Source: Candidatus Eiseniibacteriota bacterium
GTDB lineage: Bacteria > Eisenbacteria > RBG-16-71-46
DNA length: 64,000 nt
Direction of reading: 5' to 3'
Assembly: GCA_963717935.1 (NCBI GenBank)
Contig: CAVQXP010000004.1
Span: 992,001 to 1,056,000 of the forward strand
Every line of letters starts with the position of its first letter. Within the stretch, counting starts at the first letter, position 1. The notes under the pieces were generated by a model. It did no database searches. It had not been told where the DNA came from and worked only from the letters and a program-made list of their open reading frames with translations. Positions 28,724-39,529 of this stretch are shown here, piece after piece. Position numbers and translations under genes: made by a program.

Positions 28724-31471
28724 CTACGTCTCGCGGGGCTCCGGCGCCTCGGGGTCGAGCCCGAGGTCCGCGATCGCCCGCGCCACGGCCGCCGGCTCGA
28801 CCTGGCCCTCGCGCGCGAGCGCCGCGAGCGTGGCCACCACGATGTGCTCGGCGTCCACCTCGAAGTGCCGGCGCAGGGCCTCACGCGTGTCGCTGCGGCC
28901 GAAGCCGTCGGTGCCGAGCGGGGTGAACGAGCGCGGCACCCAGCGGGACACCATGTCGGGCAGGGCCTTCAGGAAGTCCGAGGCTGCGATGACCGGGCCC
29001 GGCGCGTCGCCGAGCGTGGCCGTCACGTAGGGGATGCGCGGCGCCTCGAGCGGGTGAAGGCGGTTCCAGCGCTCGACGGTGAGCGCCTCGTTCCGGAGCT
29101 GCTGGTAGGACGTCACGCTCCACACGTCGGCCGCGACGTCGTAGCGCTCCGCCAGATCTCCTGCGCCCGCAGGGCCTCGCGCAGGATGACGCCGCTGCCG
29201 AAGAGCTGCGCGCGTCTCGCGCCGCTCGCCGCCCCTCGCGGAAGAGGTACAGGCCCCGGAGGATGCCCTCCTCCACGCCGTCGGGCATCGGCGGCCATGG
29301 GGTAGTCCTCGTTGTAGAGCGTCAGGTAGTAGAAGACGTCCTCGCCCCTGCGGTACATGCGCTCGAGGCCCTCGCGCACGATGACCGCCGTCTCGAACGC
29401 CCAGGCCGGGTCGTAGGCGAGCAGGTTCGGGATGACCGAGGCGAGCACGTGGCTGTGGCCGTCCTCGTGCTGCAGCCCCTCGCCGTTGAGCGTGGTGCGG
29501 CCCGCGGTGGCGCCGAGCAGGAAGCCGCGCCCGCGCGCGTCGGCGAAGGCCCAGGCGAAATCGCCGGTCCGCTGGAAGCCGAACATCGAGTAGAAGACGT
29601 AGAAGGGGATCATGGGCTCGCCGTGCGTGGCGTACGACGTGCCCGCCGCGGTGAACGAGGCCATCGAGCCGGCCTCGGTGATGCCTTCCTCGAGCACCTG
29701 CCCGTCGGCCTTCTCGAGGTAGGAGAGGTAGACGTTCGAGTCCACGGGCTCGTAGCGCTGCCCGCCCGCGGCGTAGATGCCGACCTCCTTGAACAGCACC
29801 TCGAGGCCGAAGGTGCGCGCCTCGTCGGGGATGATGGGCACGACGCGCCGGCCCCAGGCGGGATCGCGGATCAGGTTCCGCAGCAGCTTGGCGAAGGCCA
29901 TGGTGGTCGAGACGGCCTGGTCCGCGCGCGTGCCCTCGAAGAACTCGGCGAACACCGCGTCCTGCGGCTTCGCCAGCGGCTGCGCGCGCACGATGCGCCG
30001 GGGCAGGCAGCCGCCGAGCCGGCGCCGGCGCTCGATCAGGTAGCTTCACCTCGGGGCTCTCCGGTCCCGGGTGGTAGTAGGGCGCGTCCTTGAGCCGGTC
30101 GTCGGGGATGGGCAGCTGGAGCCGGTCGCGGAACTTGCGCAGCTCCTCCTCGTTCATCTTCTTCTGCTGGTGCGCGACGTTGCGCGCCTCGGTGGTCCCG
30201 CCCAGCGTCCAGCCCTTGACGGTCTTGGCGAGGATGACCGTGGGCTTGCCCTTGAAGTTCACCGCCGCCGTGTAGGCCGCGTAGAGCTTGCGGTAGTCGT
30301 GCCCGCCGCGGCGCAGCTTCTTCAGCTCGTCGTCGCTCAGGTGACTCCACCAGCTTGAGCAGCCGCGGGTCGCGTCCGAAGAAGTGCTGGCGGATGTAGG
30401 CGCCGTTCTCGATCGAGTAGCGCTGCCACTCGCCGTCCACGGTGTCGTTCATGGCCTCGACCAGCACGCCGTCGTAGTCCTGCGCGAGCAGTGGATCCCA
30501 CTCGCGGCCCCAGATGACCTTGATGACGTTCCAGCCGGCCCCGGTGTAGAGCGCCTCGAGCTCCTGGATGATCTTGCCGTTGCCGCGCACCGGGCCGTCG
30601 AGCCGCTGCAGGTTGCAGTTCACGACGAAGGTCAGGTTGTCGAGCCCCTCGCGGCCCGCGAGCGCGAGCCCGCCGGAGCGACTCCGGCTCGTCCGTCTCG
30701 CCGTCGCCGAGGAAGGCCCAGACGCGCTGCTTCGAGGTGTCGGCGAAGCCGCGGGCGTGCAGGTAGCGGTTGAAGCGCGCCTGGTAGACCGCGTTGAGCG
30801 GGCCCAGTCCCATCGAGACCGTGGGGAACTCCCAGCAGTCGGGCATGAGTCGCGGGTGCGGGTAGGAGGAGAGCCCGAGCCCGCCGACCTCCTGGCGGAA
30901 GTGGTCGAGCTGCTGCTCGCTGATGCGGCCCTGCAGGAAGCCGCGGGCGTAGATGCCGGGCGCGGCGTGGCCCTGGAAGAAGACCTGGTCGCCGGGCGCG
31001 TCGTCCTTGCCGCGGAAGAAGTGGTTGAAGCCCATCTCGTAGAGCGAGGCGCTCGAGGCGTAGGTGGCCAGGTGCCCGCCGAGGCCGGGGAACAGCGTGG
31101 TTGGCGCGCAGCACCATGACCACGGCGTTCCAGCGGATGATGCGGCGGATGCGGTGCTCCATCTCCTCGTCGCCCTGGAAGGGCGGCTCCTGCTCGGGGG
31201 AGATGGTGTTGATGTAGCGCGACTGCACCAGCCCCGGCAGCCCGATGTGCAGCATGCGCGCCCGCTTGAGCAGCTTGCGCAGCAGGAAGTCGGCCCGCTC
31301 GTGCCCGTGCGTCAGGACGACGCCGTCCAGCGCCGCGGTCCACTCGCGCGTCTCGACCGGGTCGGGGTCGGGCAGCTGCCGCTTGAAGCCGTCCAGCTGG
31401 CCGAGCCGGTAGCCCTCGCCGGGCTCGAGTTCGTCGTGCTCGCTCAGCGCCTCGTCGTCGGTGATGCCCAT
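28724..31471 (-). pseudogene. aceE: Pyruvate dehydrogenase E1 (homodimeric type) with about 7 frameshifts; possibly sequencing artefact
   Basis: [77 protein letters not shown] and LGTDGFGRSD are spread over alternating frames. Confidence 0.9.
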
Positions 31472-31648
31472 GGGGCCTCGTTCTCTTCCGGGTCTGCGCG
31501 GCCGTGTCCTTCGACGTTCGGATGCGGCGGGGGCGGTCCCGGCGCACGTTCCGGAGCCGGAGCCCGCAGGATAGCGCAGGAACCGCCCGGCCGCCCCCCT
31601 GCAGGCTGTCCGGGGCTGCCGGGCGGTGCCCCCGCCGCCCCCGCGGGC

Positions 31649-34012
31649 CTACGACGTCTGCGGCTGGTGCCGGTCGAGGGCCTCGCGCAGCTTCTGCGCG
31701 ACCTGCTGGATGCGATAGGGCTTGGCCACGAAGCTCATCGCGCCCGCCGCCACCCACGAGGACTGGCTCTCCACCGTGGCGTAGCCGCTCGCGATGACGA
31801 CCGGCAGGCCCGGCATCAGCTTCCGCACCTCGCGCAGGACACTCTCGCCCGAGATGCCCGGCAGGGTCAGGTCAAGGAGCATCACGTCCACGTGTGGCTC
31901 TCCCTGGCGGAGGATCTCGAGCGCCTGTTCCCCGGTCTCCACCGCCAGCACGTCGAAGCCGTGAAGTTGCAGGCCGGTGCGCGCCAGGGCCCGCAGACCC
32001 GGTTCGTCATCCACGACCAGCACGGTCTCGTGGCCGTGGGCGGTCGCCGCGGCGGGCACCAGCAGCGGCGCCTCCTCGGCCGTGTCCACCGGGAAGACCG
32101 CGCGGAAGGCGGCTTCGCCGGGCCCGGTCGCGGTGACGAGCCAGCCCCCGTGCGCCCGGACGATGTCCTCCACGATGGTGAGCGTGAGCCCGGCCCGGTC
32201 GGGCGACGGCTCCACCGCGCGTCGGGCCGGGCTGCCCGGCGTGGTGCGCAGCTCCAGGGCGACGGCATGGCGCGGCTCGCCCGCGCCGCGCGTCTCCTCG
32301 GGCGGGCGCGGCTGCTCGACCAGGCGTGTCACGAGCGTGAGCGTGCCGCCGGCGCCGATCCGCTCGCGCGCCTCCTGGACGAGATTGACGAGCACCTGCT
32401 GCAGGAGCAGCGAATCGCCGAGCAGCAGCGGCAGGTCGGGCTCCAGGCGCAGCGCCAGGGACGTGGACGGGTCGAGCGCGCTGCGCAGCACCTGGTAGGC
32501 GTCCTCGACCACGCGGTTCAGGTGCAGGGGCAGTCGCTCGAAGCGGGCGTTGCGGCTGAAGTCCAGCAGTGCCTGGGTGAGGCGCGAGGCCCGCTCCGCG
32601 GCCCCCACGATCTGGACCGCCGGCTCGTGCCGCGGATCGGGCTCGGGGGTCTGCTCGAGCAACAGGGCGCCGAAGCCGAGGATGGTGCCGAGCAGGTTGT
32701 TGAAATCGTGCGCGACCCCGCCGGCGAGCCGGCCCATGCTCTCCATCTTCTGCGCCTGCGTGAGGCGGCGCTGCATCACCCAGCTCGCGGTGATGTCCTC
32801 CGCCGTGAGGACGCGGCCCACCACGGCGCCGTGCGCGTCCCGCAGCGGGCCGGCGTAGGTGCGCAGCACGCGCAGGGGCTCGCGCAGCTCGGCGACGTAC
32901 TCCTCGGCCTGCTCGCTGGTGAGGCGGGGGACGGACTCGCCGGCCACGCCGCCCTGCAGGATCCGCCGCAGGTCGGGCGTGGTCCTCGCCAGCGGCGTGC
33001 CGGGCCGGATGGGCTCGTCGAGCCGGAGCATCTCGGCCAGGCGACGGTTGCACAGCGCGACCTCCGCCCGTCCGCGCCGCAGGCGCGCCACCAGCACGCC
33101 CGTGGGGCTCGCGTCGAGGATGTGCTTCAGGTGGGCGCGCGACTCGGCCAGTTCCTGCTGGAGCGCGTCGCTCGCTCTCAGGTCCTCGATGAACCCGTGC
33201 GCGCGGTCGGCCCAGGTCTGCTCGCCGCGCACCGGGACCACGTGGTTCACCAGGTGGGGCAGGTCACTCCGGTCGCGGTGCACGCCGGTGAAATGGATGT
33301 CGAAGGGCCTGCCGGTGGCGACGCCGGCGCGGAACTCGGCGCGCACGCGCTCCTGGTCGCCCGGATGCACCAGTTCGTCCCACGCTCCGTGCTGCTGCAG
33401 CAACCCCGCGGGCTGGTGCCCGAAGAGCTGCTCGACCGCCGGGCTCACCTCGAGCAGGCGCTCCTCGGGCAGCGCCAGGGTCCAGGCCACGCCCGGCAGC
33501 ACCTCGGCCGCCGCGCGATGCAGGTCCTCGACCGCGCGCAGGGCGGCGCGCGCGCGCAGCGTGGCGGTGGTGTCCTGCAGGTGCAGGAGCACGCGTCCAT
33601 GCGACAGGCGCAGCGCCTCGACGTGGCACTGGAGGGGCTGGCCCTCGATGTCCGTCACCGTGACCTCGTCGCGCACCACGTTGGTGGTGCCGTGCAGTCG
33701 CTGGGGCACGCTCGCGCCGCCAAGCACGCGGGCCAGCAGCGTCGACTCGAGCACCGAGCGGCCCTGCAGCCGCCCGTCGGGCACGTGCAGCAGGCGGTCC
33801 GCGGCGGCATTGGCCATCAGGACGGTGAAGTCGGGCCCGAAGAGGATCATCGGGTCCGCGGTGGCCTCGAAGAAGGGCGTGAGCCCGGGGTCCGCCGGGG
33901 GCGGTCCGCCCCCGCTCTCGCCGGGGGAGGGATGGCGCGCGGACGCGAGCCCGATGATCAGGGGATGCGAGGCGAGGAAGTGGAAGATGGTCTGCAGACC
34001 GATGAACCTCAT
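31649..34012 (-). CDS. Multi-PAS hybrid sensor kinase/receiver with degenerate HATPase domain
   Basis: PAS-like repeats (W..LVHPGDQE), H-box [11 protein letters not shown], receiver VVDDE..LLDLTLP..KPY; start uncertain. Confidence 0.85.
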   Translation of the reverse strand: MRFIGLQTIFHFLASHPLIIGLASARHPSPGESGGGPPPADPGLTPFFEATADPMILFGPDFTVLMANAAADRLLHVPDGRLQGRSVLESTLLARVLGGASVPQRLHGTTNVVRDEVTVTDIEGQPLQCHVEALRLSHGRVLLHLQDTTATLRARAALRAVEDLHRAAAEVLPGVAWTLALPEERLLEVSPAVEQLFGHQPAGLLQQHGAWDELVHPGDQERVRAEFRAGVATGRPFDIHFTGVHRDRSDLPHLVNHVVPVRGEQTWADRAHGFIEDLRASDALQQELAESRAHLKHILDASPTGVLVARLRRGRAEVALCNRRLAEMLRLDEPIRPGTPLARTTPDLRRILQGGVAGESVPRLTSEQAEEYVAELREPLRVLRTYAGPLRDAHGAVVGRVLTAEDITASWVMQRRLTQAQKMESMGRLAGGVAHDFNNLLGTILGFGALLLEQTPEPDPRHEPAVQIVGAAERASRLTQALLDFSRNARFERLPLHLNRVVEDAYQVLRSALDPSTSLALRLEPDLPLLLGDSLLLQQVLVNLVQEARERIGAGGTLTLVTRLVEQPRPPEETRGAGEPRHAVALELRTTPGSPARRAVEPSPDRAGLTLTIVEDIVRAHGGWLVTATGPGEAAFRAVFPVDTAEEAPLLVPAAATAHGHETVLVVDDEPGLRALARTGLQLHGFDVLAVETGEQALEILRQGEPHVDVMLLDLTLPGISGESVLREVRKLMPGLPVVIASGYATVESQSSWVAAGAMSFVAKPYRIQQVAQKLREALDRHQPQTS

Positions 34013-34290
34013 GACGAGCCTCGAGGGTGCCGCAACCGTCGAGTGCGAGTCGGAACGAGGCTGATGCTTCCACCTGCGGAGAGCAGGGTCAAGGTGGGCC
34101 ACGAGCCCGCGCGGAACGCGCTCGGAACGGGCCGGTCCCGGGGCGGCGACGGACCCGCACGCGCCTGCCTGAGGGTTCCCACGCGCACCTCCTCCGTAGG
34201 ACTGCGGACGCTGCTCTCCTCATCGGTACGGACTCCACTCTTCCGATGTGACTCTTCTCGCTTTGGACCGCGCCAAATGCACTTCTTTCC

Positions 34291-34319
34291 TTGACGCGCA
34301 TCCGACCGCTGCCTAGTGT
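34291..34319 (+). promoter_or_regulatory. Putative sigma70 promoter
   Basis: TTGACG-17bp-TAGTGT. Confidence 0.45.
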
Positions 34320-34350
34320 GCGCCATCCGCGAACGGAGCGACCCTTCCGG

Positions 34351-34458
34351 ATGATTCCCCGCGACGCACCCCGGTCGAAACGCATCCGCGCGCTGGGCCT
34401 GCCTTCCGGAGGCCTCGACAGCGCGCTGGCTGCCGCGCTGCTGCTCGAGCAGGGGCAT
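34351..34458 (+). pseudogene. N-terminal remnant of a PP-loop (ThiI/MnmA-like) ATPase
   Basis: RIRALGLPSGGLDSALAAALLLEQG, after which similarity stops. Confidence 0.6.
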
Positions 34459-34560
34459 CCGGGTCCGGGGGGTGGGCGGTTCCGCCGCAACTCCCGTGGC
34501 GCCGGCCGCGCTCTGACGCGCGGCGGTCGCGGGTCGTGTCGCACCAGGAGGCTGCGTCCC

Positions 34561-36768
34561 ATGCGTCGCTACGATTTCATCGGAACCCCGCGGTCCCGCC
34601 GTGCGGCCCCGGCCGCGTGGCTGGCGGCGGGCCTGGCACTCGCGGCCGTGGCCCCGGTGCTGGCCGCCGAGGCGAAGCCGCGCTCGGCGTTCGCCGACAC
34701 GACGAAACCGGTGCTGTTCCTCCAGGAGACCGTGGTCACGGGCGCGCGCTACCCGCGCGTCTACTTCGAGTCGCCGCAGTCGCTCTCGTTCGTCAGCCGG
34801 CAGATGCTGCGCGAGCAGACGCCCCTCGTGCTCGGTGACGTGCTGGCCGCGCTCCCGGGCGTGGACAGCAACAAGGACAGCCCCTGGGAGCAGCGTCCGT
34901 CGGTCCGCGGGCTCACCGGCCAGCGCGTGCTCGTGCTGGTGGACGGCAGCCCGATGAACAGCGTGCGCGGCAACGGCCCGCATCCGTCGCTCCTCGACCC
35001 CACGCAGGTGGAGCGCATCGAGGTCGTGCGGGGCCCGTCATCGGTGGCGTACGGCTCCGACGCCCTCGGCGGCGTGATCAACATCATCACCCGTGAGCCC
35101 CGCTTCCTCGGGGCCAGTGAGGTCCTGCACGGCTCCGCCAGCCTCGGGGGCAGCGTCAGCGGTCTGCCCGAGCGGAACGGCTCGCTGGAGTTCTCGACCC
35201 GCGTGCGGAAGCTCTCCGGGTTCTTCTCGGGCAGCGGGCGCAAGTCCGACGATTTCCGGAACGCGGACGGCACGGTCCCGCACTCGAGCTTCAGCGACTG
35301 GAACGCATTCGCCAACCTGCGCTACGACCTGACCGAGCGCCTCGCGCTGAAGGGCGGCTACCAGCTCTACCGCGCCAGCAAGGTCGGCATCCCGGGACTG
35401 GACGTCGCCGTGCCGGGATACTCACAGACCTTCCAGTTCAAGCACTACGACCGTGACTTCGCCCACCTGACGCTCGATCATCAGTACACCGAGTCCTCCT
35501 GGCTGGCGAGCACGCGCATCAAGACCTACTGGCAGCGGGAGCACCGCAACTTCTACTCGGACATCGGCGTCACGATCCCGATGGGGCCGGGGGTGAACGG
35601 ACAGCTGACCCTCCTGAAGGACCGCATCCTGGACCTCGACACGTACGGCCTGCAGGTACAGATGACGTCCTGGAAGACCGCGCTCTTCCGGTTCAGCACC
35701 GGCGTCGATGCCTCGCGGGACATGACGGGCGGGACCAACCTCGAGCTGCAGAGGCTGGAGACTCCCTTCGGGGACTCCGAATCGCTGATCACGTCCGCTT
35801 CGGTGCCGACCGGGCGCTTCGACAACTATGCCGGTTTCCTGCAGGGCGAGTTCTTCCTCGCGCCGCGATGGACCGTCAACGCCGGCGGGCGATACACGCA
35901 CTATCGCTACCGCACCGACTACACGCTCATGCAGCCGGACTTCTACTTCCAGCCACGCAGCCGCGATGACGATGCGCTCTCGGGCTCGCTGGGCCTGGTC
36001 TACAACCCGATCGCGGACCTGCACCTCACGGCGAACGTGGCGAACGGCTACCGCGAGCCCAACGCGCAGGATCTCTTCTTCAGCGGACCGGGCTCGGTGG
36101 GCTTCGTGCTGGGAAACCCGGACCTCAAGCCCGAGCGCAGCGTGTCCTACGACGTCGGGCTGCGCTGGGGGCCGGGCACGCTGGCCATCTCGGGCAACCT
36201 GTTCTACTCGACGTTCAAGGACCTCATCAATGCGTTGCCCTGCCATCCGGCGCCGGCCGAGGCGATGGGCGACAGCGCCTACCGCTACGTGAACATCGCG
36301 ACGGCCACGATGTGGGGCGGTGAGGCCGAGGCGGAGTGGCGCTTCCACCCGCGGTGGACGGCGCGCGCCGGGATGGCGGGCACGGTGGGGGACATCACGA
36401 ACCGGGCGGCGATCCTCGAGGTCTACGGCATCAGCGCCGACCGGGTCCCGCTGGAGCTGGTGCCGCCGTTCCGGGGCTCGGCCTCGCTGCGCTGGACCGG
36501 GCCCGCCCGCCGCCTCTGGGCCGAGGCGGGTGCGCGCTACTCGTGGCGGACGAACCGGCTGCCGCCGGTCACGCCCGGGGCGGAGCAGCTCACCGCCTTC
36601 AAGAAGGAATGGATCGTCGGCGACCTGTCCGCCGGGACCCGGCTGGAGACCGGCCAGAGCCTCGTGCTGGGCGTGCGGAACTTCACCGACCGCCGCTACC
36701 GGCAGCCGCTGGGCTCGGTGGTTGAGCCGGGCGCGACGTACTACGTCTCGCTGAGCAGCGACTTCTAG
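34561..36768 (+). CDS. TonB-dependent receptor (heme/B12/siderophore class)
   Basis: TonB box ETVVTG, PSVRGL..VLVLVDG, ERIEVVRGPSSVAYGSDALGGVINIIT, YREP..NPDLKPE, terminal F. Confidence 0.92.
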   Translation: MRRYDFIGTPRSRRAAPAAWLAAGLALAAVAPVLAAEAKPRSAFADTTKPVLFLQETVVTGARYPRVYFESPQSLSFVSRQMLREQTPLVLGDVLAALPGVDSNKDSPWEQRPSVRGLTGQRVLVLVDGSPMNSVRGNGPHPSLLDPTQVERIEVVRGPSSVAYGSDALGGVINIITREPRFLGASEVLHGSASLGGSVSGLPERNGSLEFSTRVRKLSGFFSGSGRKSDDFRNADGTVPHSSFSDWNAFANLRYDLTERLALKGGYQLYRASKVGIPGLDVAVPGYSQTFQFKHYDRDFAHLTLDHQYTESSWLASTRIKTYWQREHRNFYSDIGVTIPMGPGVNGQLTLLKDRILDLDTYGLQVQMTSWKTALFRFSTGVDASRDMTGGTNLELQRLETPFGDSESLITSASVPTGRFDNYAGFLQGEFFLAPRWTVNAGGRYTHYRYRTDYTLMQPDFYFQPRSRDDDALSGSLGLVYNPIADLHLTANVANGYREPNAQDLFFSGPGSVGFVLGNPDLKPERSVSYDVGLRWGPGTLAISGNLFYSTFKDLINALPCHPAPAEAMGDSAYRYVNIATATMWGGEAEAEWRFHPRWTARAGMAGTVGDITNRAAILEVYGISADRVPLELVPPFRGSASLRWTGPARRLWAEAGARYSWRTNRLPPVTPGAEQLTAFKKEWIVGDLSAGTRLETGQSLVLGVRNFTDRRYRQPLGSVVEPGATYYVSLSSDF

Positions 36769-36780
36769 GTCGTCGCAGGA

Positions 36781-36814
36781 CGAGCGGGGCGCCTCACCCG
36801 GGGCGTCCCGCTCG
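36781..36814. terminator. Hairpin between the convergent TBDR and cytochrome operon
   Basis: CGAGCGGGGCGCC-8nt-GGCGTCCCGCTCG, 13 bp with one G-U pair. Confidence 0.55.
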
Positions 36815-36862
36815 CGATCGATCGATGTGCCGGCCGCGTCCGACCGCCGGCGCGACGTTCTC

Positions 36863-37915
36863 CTACCGCCTGAGCCCCGCACCGCTCATGGCCCGCTGCA
36901 CGTGGGCGGCCGTCAGGCCCGGCTGGGTCGGGCCCTGGATGTACTCGATCGCGGACCGCAACAGTCCCACGATGTACTTCGGGTTGTGGACGCCGTGGCT
37001 GCGGTCCTCCTTGGCCAGCAGCAGGTTCCACACCGCGCCCGCCGAGTCGGCCGAGGTCTTCACCGACTGCGGCGCGCCGTCCGCCATGAGGTTCGCGGCC
37101 ACGAGGCGCGCCTCGAGATCCGTGATCAGGACGTCCACGCTGTCCTGGGAGAAGTCGTCTCCGACCTGGCTGAAGTCGGAGATCTCGCCGTGGCACTTCG
37201 CGCAGGCCGCGGTGTTGAGGATCTCGGCCTCCCCCTCGCCCCACGCCATGTTGAACGAATGCCCACCGACGACGTTCTGGCTCGTCGTCCTCATGTGACA
37301 GTCGAGGCACCCGTCGACCGTCGCCGAACGGTGGTTCGACCGCTCGTAGGTGTAGCCGGCGTACTCGTAGCCGTTCGAACCGATCAGCATGTCGCCCTGC
37401 GGACCGTGGTGCGGGCCGAAGCGGCTGGTCAGCGTCGTCTGTGCGGTGACGTACGTGCTGACGTTGCGCCGCGACTGGTGACAGGCCACGCAGAGATTGG
37501 CGGCCTTCAGGTCGTACGTCGCGCCATTCTGGAGCGTCGCCACGGCCGTCCAGCGAAGCGCGAAGTCACCGTTGGTGTGCGGCGCGTGGCAGGTGAAGCA
37601 GTGGATCGACGTCGGATTCTCGATCTCGCTGGGAGCCGTCGTCCCGGTCGCCCTTGCCACGAAGCCTTCGCTCGTGTGGCAGCCCTTGCACTCGCCGTCG
37701 TTCTCGTTGAGGGTCTCGCCCGTCGCGTGCTTCGAGTGCTCCCACTGCTGGGTCGCGGCCACCAGGAAGGTGTTGGCGTCACCGTGACACTCGAAACAGC
37801 TCTGCGGCCCCGCCACCACCTGTTCGACGCGCGTGATATTGCGCGAGCAGGCCGCGAGCGCGAGGCCCACTGCGGCGCTGACCACGAGCGCCAGGATCCT
37901 CTTGAACACCACCAT
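36863..37915 (-). CDS. Hexaheme c-type cytochrome lipoprotein
   Basis: Lipobox LAAC; CFECH, CKGCH, CFTCH, CVACH, CLDCH, CAKCH; C-terminal DRSHGVHNPKY. Confidence 0.92.
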   Translation of the reverse strand: MVVFKRILALVVSAAVGLALAACSRNITRVEQVVAGPQSCFECHGDANTFLVAATQQWEHSKHATGETLNENDGECKGCHTSEGFVARATGTTAPSEIENPTSIHCFTCHAPHTNGDFALRWTAVATLQNGATYDLKAANLCVACHQSRRNVSTYVTAQTTLTSRFGPHHGPQGDMLIGSNGYEYAGYTYERSNHRSATVDGCLDCHMRTTSQNVVGGHSFNMAWGEGEAEILNTAACAKCHGEISDFSQVGDDFSQDSVDVLITDLEARLVAANLMADGAPQSVKTSADSAGAVWNLLLAKEDRSHGVHNPKYIVGLLRSAIEYIQGPTQPGLTAAHVQRAMSGAGLRR

Positions 37916-37957
37916 CAGCGTATCCTCCTCGGTAGGGCATTCGACGTACTTCGCAGG

Positions 37958-39517
37958 CTACTTCAGGTGCAGGTCGTATCCGACGTCGATCCGCAGCACG
38001 TTCGCGGTGTAGTAGCGATCCAGCAGGATGTAGTCGTCGTAGTTGTAGGCGTTGTACCGGATCTCGATGTGGTAGTCGTTCGACAGGGTATAGGTGCCCT
38101 CCAGGAACACGATCGACTTCTCGATGTCCAGGTCCCCGCGGACATCCACGTAGGTCGCGCCGCCCGCGAGATGCAGATTCGTGATCCGGTCGAACTCGAT
38201 CCGGCCCGTCACGAACTGGCTCTCGGTGTGGAAGCCGCCCGCGCGGTCCACGTAGTCGTCGGTCGAGAAGCTGTAATCCCCCGAAACGGCTCCCCAGCCC
38301 TCGCGGTCGTACCGGCCGAAGGCGGTCGCGACCTCTCCGTCGACCGAGACGGCGATGTCGGGAAACTCGCGCTCGCGCCTCGAGTAGCCGCCACCCAGGA
38401 CGACGCCGTCGCGGGGCCGCACCTGGAGCCTCGCGCGGATCTGGGAGGCCTCGACGTCCTTGAGGAGGGTCAACTCCTCCTGGTCCTGCTTGACGCGGCT
38501 CGCGTAGTCGACCCTGGCGTTCACGGATCTCCCGTAGCGAAACGCCGTCCCGACGCGCCAGTCTTCGTAGCGGGTGAGTGTCCGGTCGTCGTCGTTGGTC
38601 TCGTAGCCGTAGCTGCCGCTGACCTGGCCGTACCTGTAGAACCAGGTCGCGTCGAGGTCGTTCTGGAACCGGTCGGTCTTGAGCCGCGTCGACCTGTCGT
38701 CGACGCGGTTCGCGTCGAAGCGGTAGCGGAGCTGGAAGGCGTCGACCGGCTGGAGGGTCCCGGCGTACTGGAAGTTCGCCAGCGTGTATTCGAGGTCCGT
38801 GCCGGACAGCCTGCGACTGCCGTAGGCCGCGCGCAGCAGGTGGGTCCACTTGTCGTAGAACGCGCAGGGCGTGTAGAGCCTGGCCGACACGACCTGCCCC
38901 GTGCGGTTCGCCGCCGGATCGAGCTCGTCGGTGTAGCCGGAGGCGCGATAGCTGATCGCCCCGCCCCTCCGATCCTTGTGGACGTCCGCCGTCACCTCGC
39001 CGCTCTTGAGGGCGTTGTCGTAGCGCGTCCCGAGCACGCTCCCCGTGCCGGAGGGGAACGGCAGGCGGTTCCCGTCGCGCGTCAGGGAGTTGAAGGCCCC
39101 GGAGAGTCCCAGCCAGCGGACCGGAGTGAAGCGGGCTCCCGCCTTCCAGTCCACGCGCCGGGCGTTGACGCCGCCTTCGGGGGAGAAGATCTGCCGGTGC
39201 TGGTCGAGGCCCGCCGTGAGCTTGAACGTGCCCGGCACGCGGTAGACGAGATCGCCCTGGCGCGCGTCCTGGTTGATGTCCCGCAGGTCGAGCGCGAAGT
39301 AGTGGCGGGGATCGAAGGTGCCGTTCAGGCGGATCTGGGCGAGGGAGAACCCGTCGTGGACGTCGTAGGTCTCCTGGACGGCGGTGCGGTCTCCTGCCTC
39401 GTTCATGATGATGCCGCCCAGCTTCACCGTGCCGTCGAGCGTCCCCGCCGAGGGTGCGGACGCGGCGAGCGTGACGACGAGCGTGACGCAGGCGGCCGTG
39501 ATCGTCGTCGTTCGCAT
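37958..39517 (-). CDS. MtrB/PioB-like outer-membrane beta-barrel porin
   Basis: Signal peptide, alternating Tyr/Gly-rich strands, no plug domain, located between two multiheme cytochromes. Confidence 0.75.
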   Translation of the reverse strand: MRTTTITAACVTLVVTLAASAPSAGTLDGTVKLGGIIMNEAGDRTAVQETYDVHDGFSLAQIRLNGTFDPRHYFALDLRDINQDARQGDLVYRVPGTFKLTAGLDQHRQIFSPEGGVNARRVDWKAGARFTPVRWLGLSGAFNSLTRDGNRLPFPSGTGSVLGTRYDNALKSGEVTADVHKDRRGGAISYRASGYTDELDPAANRTGQVVSARLYTPCAFYDKWTHLLRAAYGSRRLSGTDLEYTLANFQYAGTLQPVDAFQLRYRFDANRVDDRSTRLKTDRFQNDLDATWFYRYGQVSGSYGYETNDDDRTLTRYEDWRVGTAFRYGRSVNARVDYASRVKQDQEELTLLKDVEASQIRARLQVRPRDGVVLGGGYSRREREFPDIAVSVDGEVATAFGRYDREGWGAVSGDYSFSTDDYVDRAGGFHTESQFVTGRIEFDRITNLHLAGGATYVDVRGDLDIEKSIVFLEGTYTLSNDYHIEIRYNAYNYDDYILLDRYYTANVLRIDVGYDLHLK

Positions 39518-39529
39518 TCGGGCACCGTC

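Noticed and set aside
28724..31471. Programmed frameshifting in aceE
   Set aside because: Too many shifts and no common slippery motif
34260..34278. Sigma54 promoter on the minus strand (TGGCGC...GC)
   Set aside because: GG-to-GC spacing is 11 nt rather than 10
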